Below, one piece after another: positions 46,203-56,785 of a DNA stretch of 64,000 nt (positions are counted from its first letter, which is position 1; each line of letters begins with the position of its first letter). The stretch is taken from assembly GCA_947085035.1 (NCBI GenBank), contig CAMTUW010000007.1:89960-153959 (forward strand), in the 5' to 3' direction. A program made the translations under genes and the position numbers. The DNA comes from an uncultured Actinomycetes bacterium. GTDB lineage: Bacteria; Actinomycetota; Coriobacteriia; Anaerosomatales; PHET01. Under the pieces are notes generated by a model, which worked only from the letters and a program-made list of their open reading frames with translations, was not told the DNA's origin and made no database searches.

Positions 46203-47209
46203 TGGAGTGCATGGAAGCTCAAGAGGTGATCTCCTCCGCACTCGACCGCGAGCCTGTGACCGAAGAGGTACTCGCCGACGCCAAAGAACACTGCCACTCC
46301 TGCGCTCAGTGCTCGCGGATGGTCAAGGCCCTCGTCGCCGTGAAACGCTCACCGCTGCCCGAGCCCTCTGAGGATCTCCCAGACCGCATCATGGCTGCGG
46401 TGCGCGCTGACTCCGCGCTCTCGAGCGGCTCCCCGGTGCCCCAAGCAGCGCCTGATGACTCGGCACAGACCTCACCGACCGATCGCGACGCGCCCGCCTC
46501 GGTTGTCCCGCTCCCCACCTTGCGAGAACGTCTGCTGCATCCGCGCAACCGGCGCGCGCTCGCTGCGTGGTCGGCGGCTGCAGCCGTCATATTCGTAGCG
46601 GCCGGAATCGGCGCGATCGGCGGTCTGCGCACCATCATCATCGCGCCCACCCCTATTGGGATGACAGCGGACTCTCCCGCCACTTTCAACAGCGAGGAGA
46701 CCGCCCCCGAACCACCTAGCGCGCAGGAAGCCGCCATACTCGCATCTGGGCTGATCGTGGTCGACACGGCGGCCTACCGCTTCGTCGGCCCGGATGACAG
46801 TGTGAGCGCCACCGCCCTCAAGGAGATCGGACGGACCCGCTCGGATCTGGGTGAGACGTTCGTCACGGAACACCGGGTCTTGAGTGCCGGTGATCCTGCG
46901 CGTGTGTTCATCGCGCGCACAGATGGCGAGGTACTCGCGTTCGACAGGGTGATCCGCTCATACCAAGGTCTCACCTACGTTTTGCGCAGCGACGCGATCT
47001 CGTCGTTCAAAGAACTCGCCACTCTGCCCGACGGAATGAGCGAACCTGTCTCGGCCGATGGAAGCCCCTTGTTCGAGCCTGTAAGGGGTGGCGGCGAATC
47101 AGGTATCTACCTGAAGGCAGGTGCCGACGCGGCTACCGGGATCGCCTTGCCGCCAGGCAGCGACCCATCACTTTCGGCTGGATGGACGTGGTGGACGCCT
47201 GCGCGATAG
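46199..47209 (+). CDS. Zinc-finger (HxxxCxxC) anti-sigma factor with one TM and a ~190-aa extracytoplasmic domain
   Basis: It overlaps the sigma stop (GTGATG). The ZAS-like 'HCHSCAQC' lies at the N-terminus, the TM is 'LAAWSAAAAVIFVAAGIGAIGG', and the C-terminal domain is unassigned. Confidence 0.65.
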   Translation: MMECMEAQEVISSALDREPVTEEVLADAKEHCHSCAQCSRMVKALVAVKRSPLPEPSEDLPDRIMAAVRADSALSSGSPVPQAAPDDSAQTSPTDRDAPASVVPLPTLRERLLHPRNRRALAAWSAAAAVIFVAAGIGAIGGLRTIIIAPTPIGMTADSPATFNSEETAPEPPSAQEAAILASGLIVVDTAAYRFVGPDDSVSATALKEIGRTRSDLGETFVTEHRVLSAGDPARVFIARTDGEVLAFDRVIRSYQGLTYVLRSDAISSFKELATLPDGMSEPVSADGSPLFEPVRGGGESGIYLKAGADAATGIALPPGSDPSLSAGWTWWTPAR

Positions 47210-47218
47210 CGGAGTTCG

Positions 47219-48253
47219 TCAGAGGATCAGCATGGCGTCGCCGAAACTGAGGAACCGGTAGCGCCGCTCAAGCGCCTCGTGATAGGTGCGCATCAGTAGC
47301 TCACGACTGGTGAATGCGCTCATCATCATCATCAAGGTCGAGCGCGGAACGTGGAAGTTCGTGATGATCGCGTCAACGACGTTGTAGTGATACCCCGGCA
47401 GGATGTAGAGGCTCGTCGACCCCGCCATGGGCATGACCTCTCCTGTATCCGGGTCCCATGCGCTCTCGAGCGCACGCACACTGGTGGTGCCCACCGCTAT
47501 CACGCGCCCACCGCGTTCGCGGGCGCGTCGCACCGCGTCAACCGCTTCGCGCGGCACACGGAAATGCTCGGTATGAATCTGATGCTCACGCGGGTCATCA
47601 TCTTGAACCGGGCGAAACGTGTCGAGACCGATATCGAGCTCGACCGAAGCCACGTCGGCCCCCGCCTCGCGGCACCTCAGTAAGAGCTCAGGCGTGAAGT
47701 GAAGTCCTGCCGTGGGCGCTGCCGCACTGCGCTCGTCTCTCGCATACACGGTTTGATACTGCTCGGAGTCAGCCAGTGGCTGGGTGATATAGGGAGGAAG
47801 CGGAACTTCGCCGATACGCCGGATGATCTCGATGAACGAGCCGTCCTTCGGGCGGAACTGAACGAGCCGCCCACCCATGTCATCGAGCACGTCGACGACC
47901 AGCCCGGTCATCGCCCCGTCGTCGAAGACGAGCCGCGTTCCGGGCTTGACCCGACGCCCGGGCTTGACGAGGCACTCCCATGCGTTCTCGTAGCGCTCAC
48001 GCAGAAGTAGGATCTCTACCGCTCCCCCCGTCTCGTCCTTGACGCCCTTGAGTCTGGCGGGAAGCACCCTCGTCTCGTTGACCACCAACAGGTCTCCGGG
48101 TCGCAGATACTCCGGCAGATCGGAGAAGATCCGATGGTCCATCTGACCGCTCGCGCGATCCAAGACGAGCAGGCGACATGAATCGCGCGGCTCGACAGGA
48201 TGCTGCGCGATCAGACCGCTTGGCAGGTCGTAGTCGAAATCGTCAGTGCGCAC
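47219..48253 (-). CDS. queA: S-adenosylmethionine:tRNA ribosyltransferase-isomerase
   Basis: 'DFDYDLPSGLIAQHP' and 'AAPTAGLHFT'. The GTG at 48253 lies 7 nt after GGAGGA. The ORF track starts at TTG 48268, which lies within that RBS. Confidence 0.94.
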   Translation of the reverse strand: MRTDDFDYDLPSGLIAQHPVEPRDSCRLLVLDRASGQMDHRIFSDLPEYLRPGDLLVVNETRVLPARLKGVKDETGGAVEILLLRERYENAWECLVKPGRRVKPGTRLVFDDGAMTGLVVDVLDDMGGRLVQFRPKDGSFIEIIRRIGEVPLPPYITQPLADSEQYQTVYARDERSAAAPTAGLHFTPELLLRCREAGADVASVELDIGLDTFRPVQDDDPREHQIHTEHFRVPREAVDAVRRARERGGRVIAVGTTSVRALESAWDPDTGEVMPMAGSTSLYILPGYHYNVVDAIITNFHVPRSTLMMMMSAFTSRELLMRTYHEALERRYRFLSFGDAMLIL

Positions 48254-48300
48254 TGGTCTGTCCTCCAAGACGGTCAGGTGTGCAGTGTACCCGGTGACCC

Positions 48301-48903
48301 TCAGGCGCGGCGCGTTGCCCGACGCGCCTCTCGCTCAACCCTCGCCTCGATCTCACTCATGATGCACCCACAGTAGTTCTGGCGGTAGATGCCCAGCTCA
48401 CGCGAGCGCGATGTGGCGAGTGAAAATCTGTCGCGGAAATCCCGGTCGAGGTAGCGCAGGCCCGCCTCAAGCGCGACCCGTTTCCCCTGTACGGCGATGC
48501 TTTCGGCTCGTTGGTACGGACTCACCGTCAACGTCGTTGCGATGGTATCGAAGCCGTTTGTGACGGCCCACTCGGCCGTGGCGCGAAACCGCTGTTCGTA
48601 GCATGCGTCGCACCGCTCTTCTCGGTTGCGTGCACCGCCAACCGCGTCAAGCCACTCATCCGGCCGGTAGTCGAGCTCCACGAAGTCGATGCCGTTGTCG
48701 CTCGCATAGCCGACCAACGCGTCCCGTCGACGGATGTGTTCCTCGCGAGGATGGATGTTCGAGCTCGCGAAGACGACCGTCACCACGCCCGCCTCGCCAG
48801 CAAGAGCGTCGTAGACGCCGAGCAGACAAGGGGCGCAACAGGCGTGCAGCGCCAGACTCTTCTCAGCAGAACTCTGTCCACCCACAGACACCGCCTCTTT
48901 CAC
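48301..48903 (-). CDS. queH: Epoxyqueuosine reductase QueH (DUF208)
   Basis: 'LHACCAPC' near the N-terminus, further conserved Cys residues ('CDAC', 'YCGC') and ~200 aa. It lies directly downstream of... upstream-adjacent to queA on the minus strand, and its GTG overlaps the upstream stop. Confidence 0.8.
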   Translation of the reverse strand: MKEAVSVGGQSSAEKSLALHACCAPCLLGVYDALAGEAGVVTVVFASSNIHPREEHIRRRDALVGYASDNGIDFVELDYRPDEWLDAVGGARNREERCDACYEQRFRATAEWAVTNGFDTIATTLTVSPYQRAESIAVQGKRVALEAGLRYLDRDFRDRFSLATSRSRELGIYRQNYCGCIMSEIEARVEREARRATRRA

Positions 48904-49571
48904 TGGCCAACGAACTGCGCGAGAACCGTTGCGACGCCGAACACGATGAACAGTGCGCCCGACACGCGGCGCACAGCGCGCTCCGGCAGACGCACCCCCA
49001 TCACACGGCCGACGCCGATCGCGATCGCGTCAGCAAAGACCATCCCCAACGTCGAGCCAAGCGTCACAGCCCAGAACTGACCCATGGGCGTGATGCCCTC
49101 AAGAGTCAACCCGCTGTCTTGCAGCCACGAACTCACGGAGGGGCCCGCCGCATGCAGATATGCGAGAAGCGCTGAACCGGGATCGGCGGCGATCGTCATC
49201 GTCATGATCTGCGTCTTGTCACCAAGCTCAGCGAAGAAGAACGCGACGAATGTGGCGAGTATCGGGCCAAGACCGGCTCGCGCACGATTCATGTCGCTCT
49301 CGTCGACCTTGTCGCCGCGCAGTGTCCATACACCGAAACCAACGAACAGCGCTCCTGTGAACCACGGCAACACGCCCACCGGGATGAACGTTCCCAGGGT
49401 CTGCCCAACGAGAGCGGTGAAGAAGTGGACGACCAGCGTGGCCGCGAAGATGCCGATGAGCACCTGCCACGCCTTGTACCGTGTGGCGAGCAGTAAAGCG
49501 AGTAGCTGCGATTTGTCCGCAAACTCACCCACCATGATCAACACGAACGAGACGATGAAAACGTACGTCAT
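48900..49571 (-). CDS. GDT1/TMEM165 (UPF0016) family cation transporter
   Basis: Two copies of the E-x-G-D-(KR)-(ST) motif ('EFADKSQL', 'ELGDKTQI') in a six-TM protein. Confidence 0.8.
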   Translation of the reverse strand: MTYVFIVSFVLIMVGEFADKSQLLALLLATRYKAWQVLIGIFAATLVVHFFTALVGQTLGTFIPVGVLPWFTGALFVGFGVWTLRGDKVDESDMNRARAGLGPILATFVAFFFAELGDKTQIMTMTIAADPGSALLAYLHAAGPSVSSWLQDSGLTLEGITPMGQFWAVTLGSTLGMVFADAIAIGVGRVMGVRLPERAVRRVSGALFIVFGVATVLAQFVGQ

Positions 49572-49578
49572 CTAGGAC

Positions 49579-50436
49579 TCAGAGCTTCACGCCTGCGACG
49601 ATCGCCGCCGCCTCGGCGGTGTTCATCACGAGCATCGCGCGGGTCATCGGACCGACTCCGCCCGGAACAGGAGTGATCGCCGAGGCGAGCGGCTCCACCG
49701 AGTCGAAGTCGACGTCTCCCACCAAAGACCCGTCGGCCGAGCGGTTTATCCCGACATCGATCACGACCGCGCCGGGCTTCACATACTCGGAAGTGATCAT
49801 CTTCTCGCGACCAACAGCGGCAACGAGGATGTCGGCCTCGCGGCACACTGCGGGCAGGTCCACCGTGCGACTGTGACAGATCGTCACCGTCGCGTCGCGC
49901 TCCAGAAGCATCAACGCCTGCGGCTTGCCGACGATCGATGATCGGCCAACCACGACAGCACTCTTGCCTGCGGGGTCGATGCCGTAGTGATCGAGCATGG
50001 CCATGACGCCCCACGGCGTGCACGCCCGGGCACCGCTGAGACCTCGAACCAGACGACCGAGGTTCTCCGGATGCAGGCCGTCCACGTCTTTGGAGCGACT
50101 GACCCTGGCCAGAGCCGCTTCTTCATCCAAGTGTGACGGCAAAGGGAGCTGCACGAGAATGCCATGAACTGCGGGATCGGCGTTGCAGCGGTCGATGATC
50201 TCGTTCAGCTCATCTTGGGTTGTCTGCGCGGGGCGACGATGGTCAAACGACCTGATCCCCACCTGCTCGCAGTCGCGCTCCTTCATCCTGACGTAGGAGT
50301 GCGATGCGGGGTCCTCGCCGATCAACACGACCGCGAGACCTGGCTGCACTCCGGCCGCCTTCACGCGCTCAACGAGCGCACAGGCCCGCTCGCGCACCTC
50401 GGCCGACACCACAAGACCGTCGAGAATCACTGCCAC
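49579..50436 (-). CDS. folD: Bifunctional methylenetetrahydrofolate dehydrogenase/cyclohydrolase
   Basis: '[11 protein letters not shown]', 'GILVQLPLP', 'VVVGRS.IVGKP' and '[11 protein letters not shown]'. The GTG start has a GGGAGGAG RBS. Confidence 0.95.
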   Translation of the reverse strand: MAVILDGLVVSAEVRERACALVERVKAAGVQPGLAVVLIGEDPASHSYVRMKERDCEQVGIRSFDHRRPAQTTQDELNEIIDRCNADPAVHGILVQLPLPSHLDEEAALARVSRSKDVDGLHPENLGRLVRGLSGARACTPWGVMAMLDHYGIDPAGKSAVVVGRSSIVGKPQALMLLERDATVTICHSRTVDLPAVCREADILVAAVGREKMITSEYVKPGAVVIDVGINRSADGSLVGDVDFDSVEPLASAITPVPGGVGPMTRAMLVMNTAEAAAIVAGVKL

Positions 50437-50556
50437 CCGAACTCCTCCCAGAAATGACGACTTGCGGTGACTTACCGCACGTCAAAGGGTTCAACAAGCC
50501 GACACAGTGTAGCACGCGAGGAGCACTTCACTGAGGGCGAAACCACCCGGAAACAC

Positions 50557-51138
50557 TCAGCCCTTGACCGCGGCGAGAAGCGCGCGGAACTCATCCGTGC
50601 CGGCGCGCCCAACGAGCTCATAGGCAGCCGACTCGGCCGTACTGATGACCGCTCCCGCCGCTGTAAGACGCGCAAGCGCGTATCCATGTGACGCCTCCTC
50701 GCGACTGCAGCACGCATCAGCGATGACGTGCACATCGAACCCCTCGCGAAGCGCCGCAAGCGCGGTCTGCGTGACGCAGATGTGTGTTTCCATGCCAGCG
50801 ATCACCAGCTGACGTCGCGCAGAGGCGCGAACGGCCTCGACGAAAGACGGCTCGGCGAAGCAGTCAAACGTCATCTTGTCCACGGTGGAGATGTCGGCTC
50901 CAGCGTCTGTCGCCTCAGACAACACCGCGCCGAGCGCGGCATCGGTGTCGCCCAGCCCTTTGGGGTACTGGCGGGTCACGATGACCGGCACGCCAACGAT
51001 ACCTGCTGCCCGAAGCAGCAAAGATGCACTTGAGATCACACGCTCGCGCTGGGGCATGGCCGCAGCGAGTCGGTCCTGCACGTCGATCACGATCACCGAC
51101 GCTGAGCGACGGTCGAGAGTTGAAGTCGCGGGAACCAT
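50557..51138 (-). CDS. Isochorismatase-family cysteine hydrolase
   Basis: 'VIVIDVQ', 'K..FD.F' and 'LVIAGMETHICV', the pattern of the Asp-Lys-Cys triad. The ATG has an AAGGAGG RBS. Confidence 0.8.
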   Translation of the reverse strand: MVPATSTLDRRSASVIVIDVQDRLAAAMPQRERVISSASLLLRAAGIVGVPVIVTRQYPKGLGDTDAALGAVLSEATDAGADISTVDKMTFDCFAEPSFVEAVRASARRQLVIAGMETHICVTQTALAALREGFDVHVIADACCSREEASHGYALARLTAAGAVISTAESAAYELVGRAGTDEFRALLAAVKG

Positions 51139-51268
51139 GTCACGCCTCCTTGCACGGGTCCAATGGAGTAGGAGCGCTTGATTCTAACGCCTGAAAGGAA
51201 GGGTACATACTGCAAGACCGGTGAACGGCCGGAGAATGACCGCTGAGTGAACCCCGGAGGTAGTGAAC

Positions 51269-51619
51269 ATGAGCGATGCCCCGATCCTTGCCGGAATCAA
51301 TCGCGTGGCCGATGTCGACACAGCGAGTGATTTCGAGAAGAAGCACCTCCCTTATCTCACCTGCGAGCGTGAGGGCGAGAAGGTCCACGTGCGAGTGGAA
51401 GTCGGCCACTGGGTGGGCCATCCCAACCAGCCGGATCACTTCATCGAGTGGATCGCAGTACACGCGGCCGGCGTGCCGGTGGCGAGGTTCGATCTCTCGG
51501 CCGTCGCAGTCGAACCCGTGGTGAGCTGCGTGCTCGCGATTGAGCCGGGAACAGCGATCACGGCCATGGAATCGTGCAACCTGCACGGCGTCTGGGTCAC
51601 CGAGGTCGTCTCTCCGTAG
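51269..51619 (+). CDS. Superoxide reductase (neelaredoxin / class II desulfoferrodoxin-type)
   Basis: 'KKHLPYL', 'VEVGHWVGHPNQPDHFIEWI' and 'CNLHGVW' match the His4-Cys iron site pattern of SORs. The ATG at 51269 lies 8 nt after GGAGG. Confidence 0.8.
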   Translation: MSDAPILAGINRVADVDTASDFEKKHLPYLTCEREGEKVHVRVEVGHWVGHPNQPDHFIEWIAVHAAGVPVARFDLSAVAVEPVVSCVLAIEPGTAITAMESCNLHGVWVTEVVSP

Positions 51620-51684
51620 AGAAGACCCCCGATCGCTACGCGCACGACACCAAGCCGCCTCGAACCGCTGAGGCGGCTTGGCTC

Positions 51685-52041
51685 TCAGTTCGCCCGGTTC
51701 GGGTCGGACAGTTGTCGTACCGCACCGGCTTGCTCTCGGCGTAGGGAGGCGAAAACGATCTCGCCGCGCCCCTCAAGAGCTTGTGCTTCGATGTCGAGCG
51801 TCTGCGCAAGAAGTTCGAGCACGCGGTCGTCCGGCATGTTGATGGCGACAAGAGAGGCAAGAGATGCCCCGGACAGTCGCGATGCGATGGCGGGATCCAT
51901 ATCAAGCGCCAAGCCGATGGCCTGCTCGGCGAGTTCGATCGGCTCTTCGGCGACCGGGGAACCGACTTGCTCGAGCGCTCGACGAATGAGAGCACCCATC
52001 TGCTCGATTATGCGCAGGATGTAGTCAGACTGGTACTGCAC
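51685..52041 (-). CDS. Hypothetical helical protein
   Basis: The ORF has coding-like codon bias. The GTG at 52041 follows GAGAGGA; the ORF track starts at TTG 52068. I recognise no family. Confidence 0.45.
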   Translation of the reverse strand: MQYQSDYILRIIEQMGALIRRALEQVGSPVAEEPIELAEQAIGLALDMDPAIASRLSGASLASLVAINMPDDRVLELLAQTLDIEAQALEGRGEIVFASLRREQAGAVRQLSDPNRAN

Positions 52042-52137
52042 GCATCGTCCTCTCGCTTTATCGCTCAACCCAGAAAGTACCCCAATCGGTCTCGTTACCT
52101 GTCGAAACCGACCAAAGTACGGGTGGATGACTCCGAG

Positions 52138-53208
52138 TCAGAAAAGCACCTCTTGCTCGGGCGCGTCACCGGGTGGTGTAAGGCCAAGATGTTGATACGC
52201 TCGTGTTGTGGCCTGTCTCCCTTTGGGTGTGCGCACCATCATCCCCAACTGCAGCAGATACGGTTCGTAGACGTCTTCGAGCGTCTCCGACTCCTCACCC
52301 GTGGCGGCGGCCAACGTGTTGAGGCCCACCGGCCGACCGACGAAGACCTCGGCGAGTGTCCTGAGAATCTTGATGTCCATCCAGTCCAAGCCCACATGAT
52401 CCACCTCGAAGAACGCGAGCGCTTCGGCTGCGACATCTTCTGAGATCGTGCCGGCATGACGCACCTGGGCGTAATCTCGGACACGCTTCAACAGTCTGTT
52501 AGCCAGACGCGGTGTCCCTCTGCTTCGGCGAGCGATCTCGGCGGCCGCACGGGCATCGAGCTCGACGCCGAGGATCGTCGCAGAGCGTGTCACTATCGAG
52601 CGCAGGTCATCGGCGTCGTAGTAGTCCAGCCGAAACGCCATGCCGAAGCGGTCACGCAAGGGGGCCGTCAGAAGGCCCGTGCGAGTGGTAGCCCCCACAA
52701 GCGTGAACCGAGGCAGATCGAGGCGGACCGAGCGCGCGGCCGGCCCCTTGCCTATGATGATGTCGAGGGTGAAGTCCTCCATCGCCGGGTAGAGGATCTC
52801 CTCGACAGCACGACCCAGGCGGTGGATCTCGTCGATGAAGAGCACGTCTCGTGGCTCGAGGTTCGTGAGCACTGCGGCCAGATCGCCCGCCCGCTCGATC
52901 GCCGGGCCGCTCGTGGTCTTGAGTCTGACCCCTGACTCGGCGGCGATGACAGCGGCCAGCGTCGTCTTTCCCAAGCCGGGTGGTCCGGACAGCAGAATGT
53001 GGTCGATCGGCTCCTGGCGCTGTATCGCAGCCTCGATGAGTACCGCGAGGTTCTCCTTGACCCTGGCCTGCCCGAGGTATTCGTCCAAGGAGCGAGGCCG
53101 GAGCGAGCGATCGATCTCGAGATCGTCTTCCGTGAGATCGGCCGACACGAGTCGCTGCGCGTCATCCGCCTCGTCTTCATGCGGGCCAGCTTCCCAGATG
53201 GTGCTCAC
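52138..53208 (-). CDS. ruvB: Holliday junction branch migration helicase RuvB
   Basis: '[11 protein letters not shown]', Walker A 'GPPGLGKTT', 'LFIDEIHRL' and 'ATTR.G.L..PLRDRFG'. Confidence 0.96.
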   Translation of the reverse strand: MSTIWEAGPHEDEADDAQRLVSADLTEDDLEIDRSLRPRSLDEYLGQARVKENLAVLIEAAIQRQEPIDHILLSGPPGLGKTTLAAVIAAESGVRLKTTSGPAIERAGDLAAVLTNLEPRDVLFIDEIHRLGRAVEEILYPAMEDFTLDIIIGKGPAARSVRLDLPRFTLVGATTRTGLLTAPLRDRFGMAFRLDYYDADDLRSIVTRSATILGVELDARAAAEIARRSRGTPRLANRLLKRVRDYAQVRHAGTISEDVAAEALAFFEVDHVGLDWMDIKILRTLAEVFVGRPVGLNTLAAATGEESETLEDVYEPYLLQLGMMVRTPKGRQATTRAYQHLGLTPPGDAPEQEVLF

Positions 53209-53792
53209 GACCCACCCCCCAGCCTCGCGAGCGCGTACTTGAGCACCCCTTGGACGTCACTTGAAGCTGACGCCCCTTTGAGCGCTGTGGTGACCTCTGC
53301 GGAGGTGAACCCCATGCCGAGAAGCGCCTCGCGCGCTTCTGACGCAGCCAGCGCCACGCGCCCCTTCACCGCGCCGTCGCCACTCGAGCCAGGCAAGAAC
53401 CGCCCTCCGAGATCGACGATGATGCGCTGAGCGGTCTTGCGTCCGATACCGGGAACGCTCGAGAACAAAGTCGCATCCTCGGTCATCACCGAGTGCGCGA
53501 GTTCATCAGGAGAAAGCGCTGACAGCGTGGCCAGCGCGACCTTGGGCCCGACGCCGCTCACCGTGAGCAGCGCCTCGAAAGCCTCGCGCTCACTCGTGCT
53601 CGCGAAACCGAAAAGGGTCATCTCGTCCTCGCGCACATGAAGATGCGTGTGAACCAGCACCTGGTCACCAACGGCCGGCAGCGCCGCGATCGACCGCGCT
53701 GACATCAAGAGCCGGTATCCGACGCCGCCCACGCCGATGAGGGCGTATCCCGCGCCGGTGCCCACGACACATCCTTCGAGGAATGCGATCAC
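53205..53792 (-). CDS. ruvA: Holliday junction DNA-binding protein RuvA
   Basis: The N-terminus 'MIAFLEG' and HhH motifs '[13 protein letters not shown]' and '[12 protein letters not shown]'. It overlaps ruvB and ruvC by 4 nt each. Confidence 0.92.
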   Translation of the reverse strand: MIAFLEGCVVGTGAGYALIGVGGVGYRLLMSARSIAALPAVGDQVLVHTHLHVREDEMTLFGFASTSEREAFEALLTVSGVGPKVALATLSALSPDELAHSVMTEDATLFSSVPGIGRKTAQRIIVDLGGRFLPGSSGDGAVKGRVALAASEAREALLGMGFTSAEVTTALKGASASSDVQGVLKYALARLGGGS

Positions 53793-54286
53793 GCGGTGGC
53801 CTCCTCGAGTGCTTTGCGACCTCGCAGATGCGCGTGGGTGATCGCTACAGCGAGTGCGTCGGCCGCATGATCGGGCTTCGGGTCGTGATCAAGCGCAAGA
53901 AGTGTGCGCACCATGTACGTGACCTGACTCTTGTCAGCGGTCCCCGACCCGACGACACAACTCTTGATCTGCACCGGCGAGTACTCCCCCAACGGAAGAT
54001 CGGAATCGGCCGTGGCGAGCAGTGCGACCCCGCGGGCCTGACCGGTGGCGAACGCACTCTTGGCGTTTGTCCCGAAGAACACACTTTCCACGGCGCACTC
54101 GTCAGGAGAGTAGCGACCCACGATCGAGGCGATCTCGTCGTGAATCGTCTTCAGGCGGGATGCCACCGAGCATCCCGGGCGCGTCTCGATGCACCCGTAG
54201 GCGAGCGCACGTTGCTTCGAGCCGCGAAATTCGACCACGCCCCAACCGGTGCTCGCCAACCCGGGATCGATGCCCAAGATGATCAC
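53789..54286 (-). CDS. ruvC: Crossover junction endodeoxyribonuclease RuvC
   Basis: 'IILGIDPGLASTGWGVV', 'AVE..FF..N' and 'DAADALAVAI.H'. The GTG at 54286 follows GGGGAGG. The ORF track extends to 54319. Confidence 0.92.
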   Translation of the reverse strand: MIILGIDPGLASTGWGVVEFRGSKQRALAYGCIETRPGCSVASRLKTIHDEIASIVGRYSPDECAVESVFFGTNAKSAFATGQARGVALLATADSDLPLGEYSPVQIKSCVVGSGTADKSQVTYMVRTLLALDHDPKPDHAADALAVAITHAHLRGRKALEEATA

Positions 54287-54385
54287 GCAGCGCCGCCTCC
54301 CCTGGTCGCAATCGAACATATGTTCAGGGTAACAGCCCCCTACGACAGCGTAAAGCTGAGCCGAGTGATCGGGCGGACGCCCACC

Positions 54386-55141
54386 TCAGGCAAGCTCAGC
54401 GGCGATCTCGTCAGTGAGCTCCATCGTGTGGTAGACGTTTTGGATATCGTCGAGTTCCTCGAGCCTGTCGACCAGTCGCAATACCTTCTTGGCGTCAGCG
54501 ACGCTGACCACGGTCGTGTTGACCGGCTCCATGACCAACTCAGCTCCCTTGACGGGAGCTCCGGCGGACTCGAGCCGCTCCCGAACGCCCATGACCTCTC
54601 CGGGCGTGGTGTAGACGTAGACCTCATCGTCCGCGACATCCATGTCATCGCCGCCGGCCTCGGCCACCAGAAGGAACATCTCGTCCTCGTCGAAAGTGGT
54701 GCCCCGCTCGACGGCTACCTGACCCTTGCGCTCGAACTGGAACGCGACCGATCCCGTCGCGCCGAGATTGCCACCGGCGCGAGTGAACGCTGAGCGCACG
54801 TCGGCCGCCGTCCGATTGCGGTTGTCGGTGAGCGCCTCGACATACAGGGCCACCCCCGCAGGACCATAGCCCTCGTAGATGACTTCTTCGAACAGTGCGG
54901 CGTCCGATCCCGCACCGAACGCCTTGTCGATCGCGGTCTGGATCTTGTCTTTGGGCAACGAGTAGCTCTTGGCTTTGGCGATGGCGGCGGCAAGAGGCGC
55001 GTTGTTCTCGGGGCTCGGGTCACCACCAGCCCTCGCAGCGACGGTGATGATACGGCTCAGTTTCGAGAACAACGCTGAGCGCTTCGCGTCCACTGCGGCC
55101 TTACGATGCTTGGTGGTCGCCCATTTCGAGTGCCCGGACAT
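54386..55141 (-). CDS. YebC/PmpR family DNA-binding transcriptional regulator
   Basis: The N-terminus 'MSGHSKWATTKHRKAAVDAKR' is diagnostic. 251 aa. Confidence 0.93.
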   Translation of the reverse strand: MSGHSKWATTKHRKAAVDAKRSALFSKLSRIITVAARAGGDPSPENNAPLAAAIAKAKSYSLPKDKIQTAIDKAFGAGSDAALFEEVIYEGYGPAGVALYVEALTDNRNRTAADVRSAFTRAGGNLGATGSVAFQFERKGQVAVERGTTFDEDEMFLLVAEAGGDDMDVADDEVYVYTTPGEVMGVRERLESAGAPVKGAELVMEPVNTTVVSVADAKKVLRLVDRLEELDDIQNVYHTMELTDEIAAELA

Positions 55142-55178
55142 GCGTCCTCATCTCTTTGCTCCACACTCATCTCGGCCT

Positions 55179-55754
55179 TCAGCTCGAGACGACATCCTCG
55201 ATGAAATACCTGTGCACACGCGGATCGCCGGTGAGCTCCGGATGAAACGCCGTGGCAAGCACGCGACCTCCTCGCGCGGCGACGATGCGTCCATCGTGCT
55301 CAGCGAGCACTTCAACACCTGCGCCGACCCTCTCGATCCAAGGCGCCCTGATGAAGACGCCCCGATACGCATGTCCGATGTGGGCGAAGTCGAGATCGAC
55401 CTCGAACGAGTCCACCTGTCTTCCGAAAGCGTTGCGCCTGATCTCGACGTCAAGAATGCCCAACGAGCGCTGCCCGGGCACCGCGTCAATCACCGCTTGG
55501 GCCACGAGGATAGCACCCGCGCACGTTCCCCAGACCGCCATACCCTCGGCGTGCCGCTTCACGATGGGCTCATAGAACTCATACGTCACCATGAGTTTCG
55601 CGATCGCGGTCGACTCGCCGCCGGGAATGATCAATCCGTCGAGGTCGTCAAGCTGGGAGGGCCTCCGCACAGCAACGGCGCCCACGTCGAGCGCCTCGAG
55701 CGAGTAGATATGCTCACGGAAGGCCCCCTGCAGTGCGAGCACTCCGATTCTCAC
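55179..55754 (-). CDS. pdxT: Pyridoxal 5'-phosphate synthase glutaminase subunit PdxT
   Basis: 'RIGVLALQGAF.EH', 'GGESTA', 'GTCAG' and 'FHPE'. The GTG at 55754 lies directly after the pdxS stop. The ORF track extends to 55829. Confidence 0.92.
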   Translation of the reverse strand: MRIGVLALQGAFREHIYSLEALDVGAVAVRRPSQLDDLDGLIIPGGESTAIAKLMVTYEFYEPIVKRHAEGMAVWGTCAGAILVAQAVIDAVPGQRSLGILDVEIRRNAFGRQVDSFEVDLDFAHIGHAYRGVFIRAPWIERVGAGVEVLAEHDGRIVAARGGRVLATAFHPELTGDPRVHRYFIEDVVSS

Positions 55755-55755
55755 T

Positions 55756-56652
55756 CTACCAGCCACGCTCCTGCATACGCTCAGCGCTTGGGATGTCTGA
55801 GATGTTGATGCCGACCATCGCCTCGCCAAGATCGCGAGAGACGCGAGCGATGACGTCAGGATCGTCGAAGTGGGTGGTCGCCTCGACGATCGCCTTCGCG
55901 CGTTTTGCAGGGTCGCCGCTCTTGAAGATGCCTGAGCCGACGAACACGCCGTCGCAGCCCAGTTGCATCATGAGTGCGGCATCGGCAGGTGTCGCGATCC
56001 CGCCGGCGGAGAAGTTCACGACCGGCAGCTTTCCGGTCTCAGCGACCAGCCGGACGAGCTCGTACGGGGCCTGCAGATCCTTCGCGGCGGTGTAGAGCTG
56101 CTCGCCACGCAGGCCTGACACCCACGCGATCTCATCGGAGACGGTCCGCATGTGACGCACGGCCTCTACCACGTTGCCTGTTCCTGGCTCGCCTTTGGTG
56201 CGCACCATGGCCGCGCCCTCGGCGATGCGCCGAAGCGCCTCACCAAGATTGCGACATCCGCAGACGAACGGCACGCCGAACGCCCACTTGTCCACGTGGT
56301 ACTCGTCATCGGCGGGCGTGAGGACCTCGGACTCGTCGATGTAGTCGACACCGAGTGTCTCGAGCACCTGGGCCTCGACGAAATGTCCGATACGGCACTT
56401 GGCCATGACCGGGATGGTCACCGAGCCGACGATCGCCTCGACGATGGTGGGGTCCGCCATTCGCGCAACGCCACCCATCGCGCGGATGTCGGCAGGCACC
56501 CTCTCAAGCGCCATGACGGCAACCGCGCCGGCGTCCTCTGCGATCTTGGCCTGCTCGACGTTGATGACGTCCATGATGACGCCACCCTTGAGCATCTCGG
56601 CCAATCCGGTCTTGACTCGAACGGTCCCGGTCTCTCGCACAGTCTCAGTCAC
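55756..56652 (-). CDS. pdxS: Pyridoxal 5'-phosphate synthase lyase subunit PdxS
   Basis: '[17 protein letters not shown]...[23 protein letters not shown]'. The GTG at 56652 follows GAGAGGAG. The ORF track extends to 56754. Confidence 0.95.
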   Translation of the reverse strand: MTETVRETGTVRVKTGLAEMLKGGVIMDVINVEQAKIAEDAGAVAVMALERVPADIRAMGGVARMADPTIVEAIVGSVTIPVMAKCRIGHFVEAQVLETLGVDYIDESEVLTPADDEYHVDKWAFGVPFVCGCRNLGEALRRIAEGAAMVRTKGEPGTGNVVEAVRHMRTVSDEIAWVSGLRGEQLYTAAKDLQAPYELVRLVAETGKLPVVNFSAGGIATPADAALMMQLGCDGVFVGSGIFKSGDPAKRAKAIVEATTHFDDPDVIARVSRDLGEAMVGINISDIPSAERMQERGW

Positions 56653-56785
56653 TGGCTGTCTTGCTCCTCTCGGCACCCGAAAAGCCACAGGGTGAGTGAT
56701 CGCTTCGTCAACTCGTGGATTGTACCCGCGCCTCACGGATAGGTACAACCGCAATGACCGAACCCACCAAAGGGGTGCGAAACGA

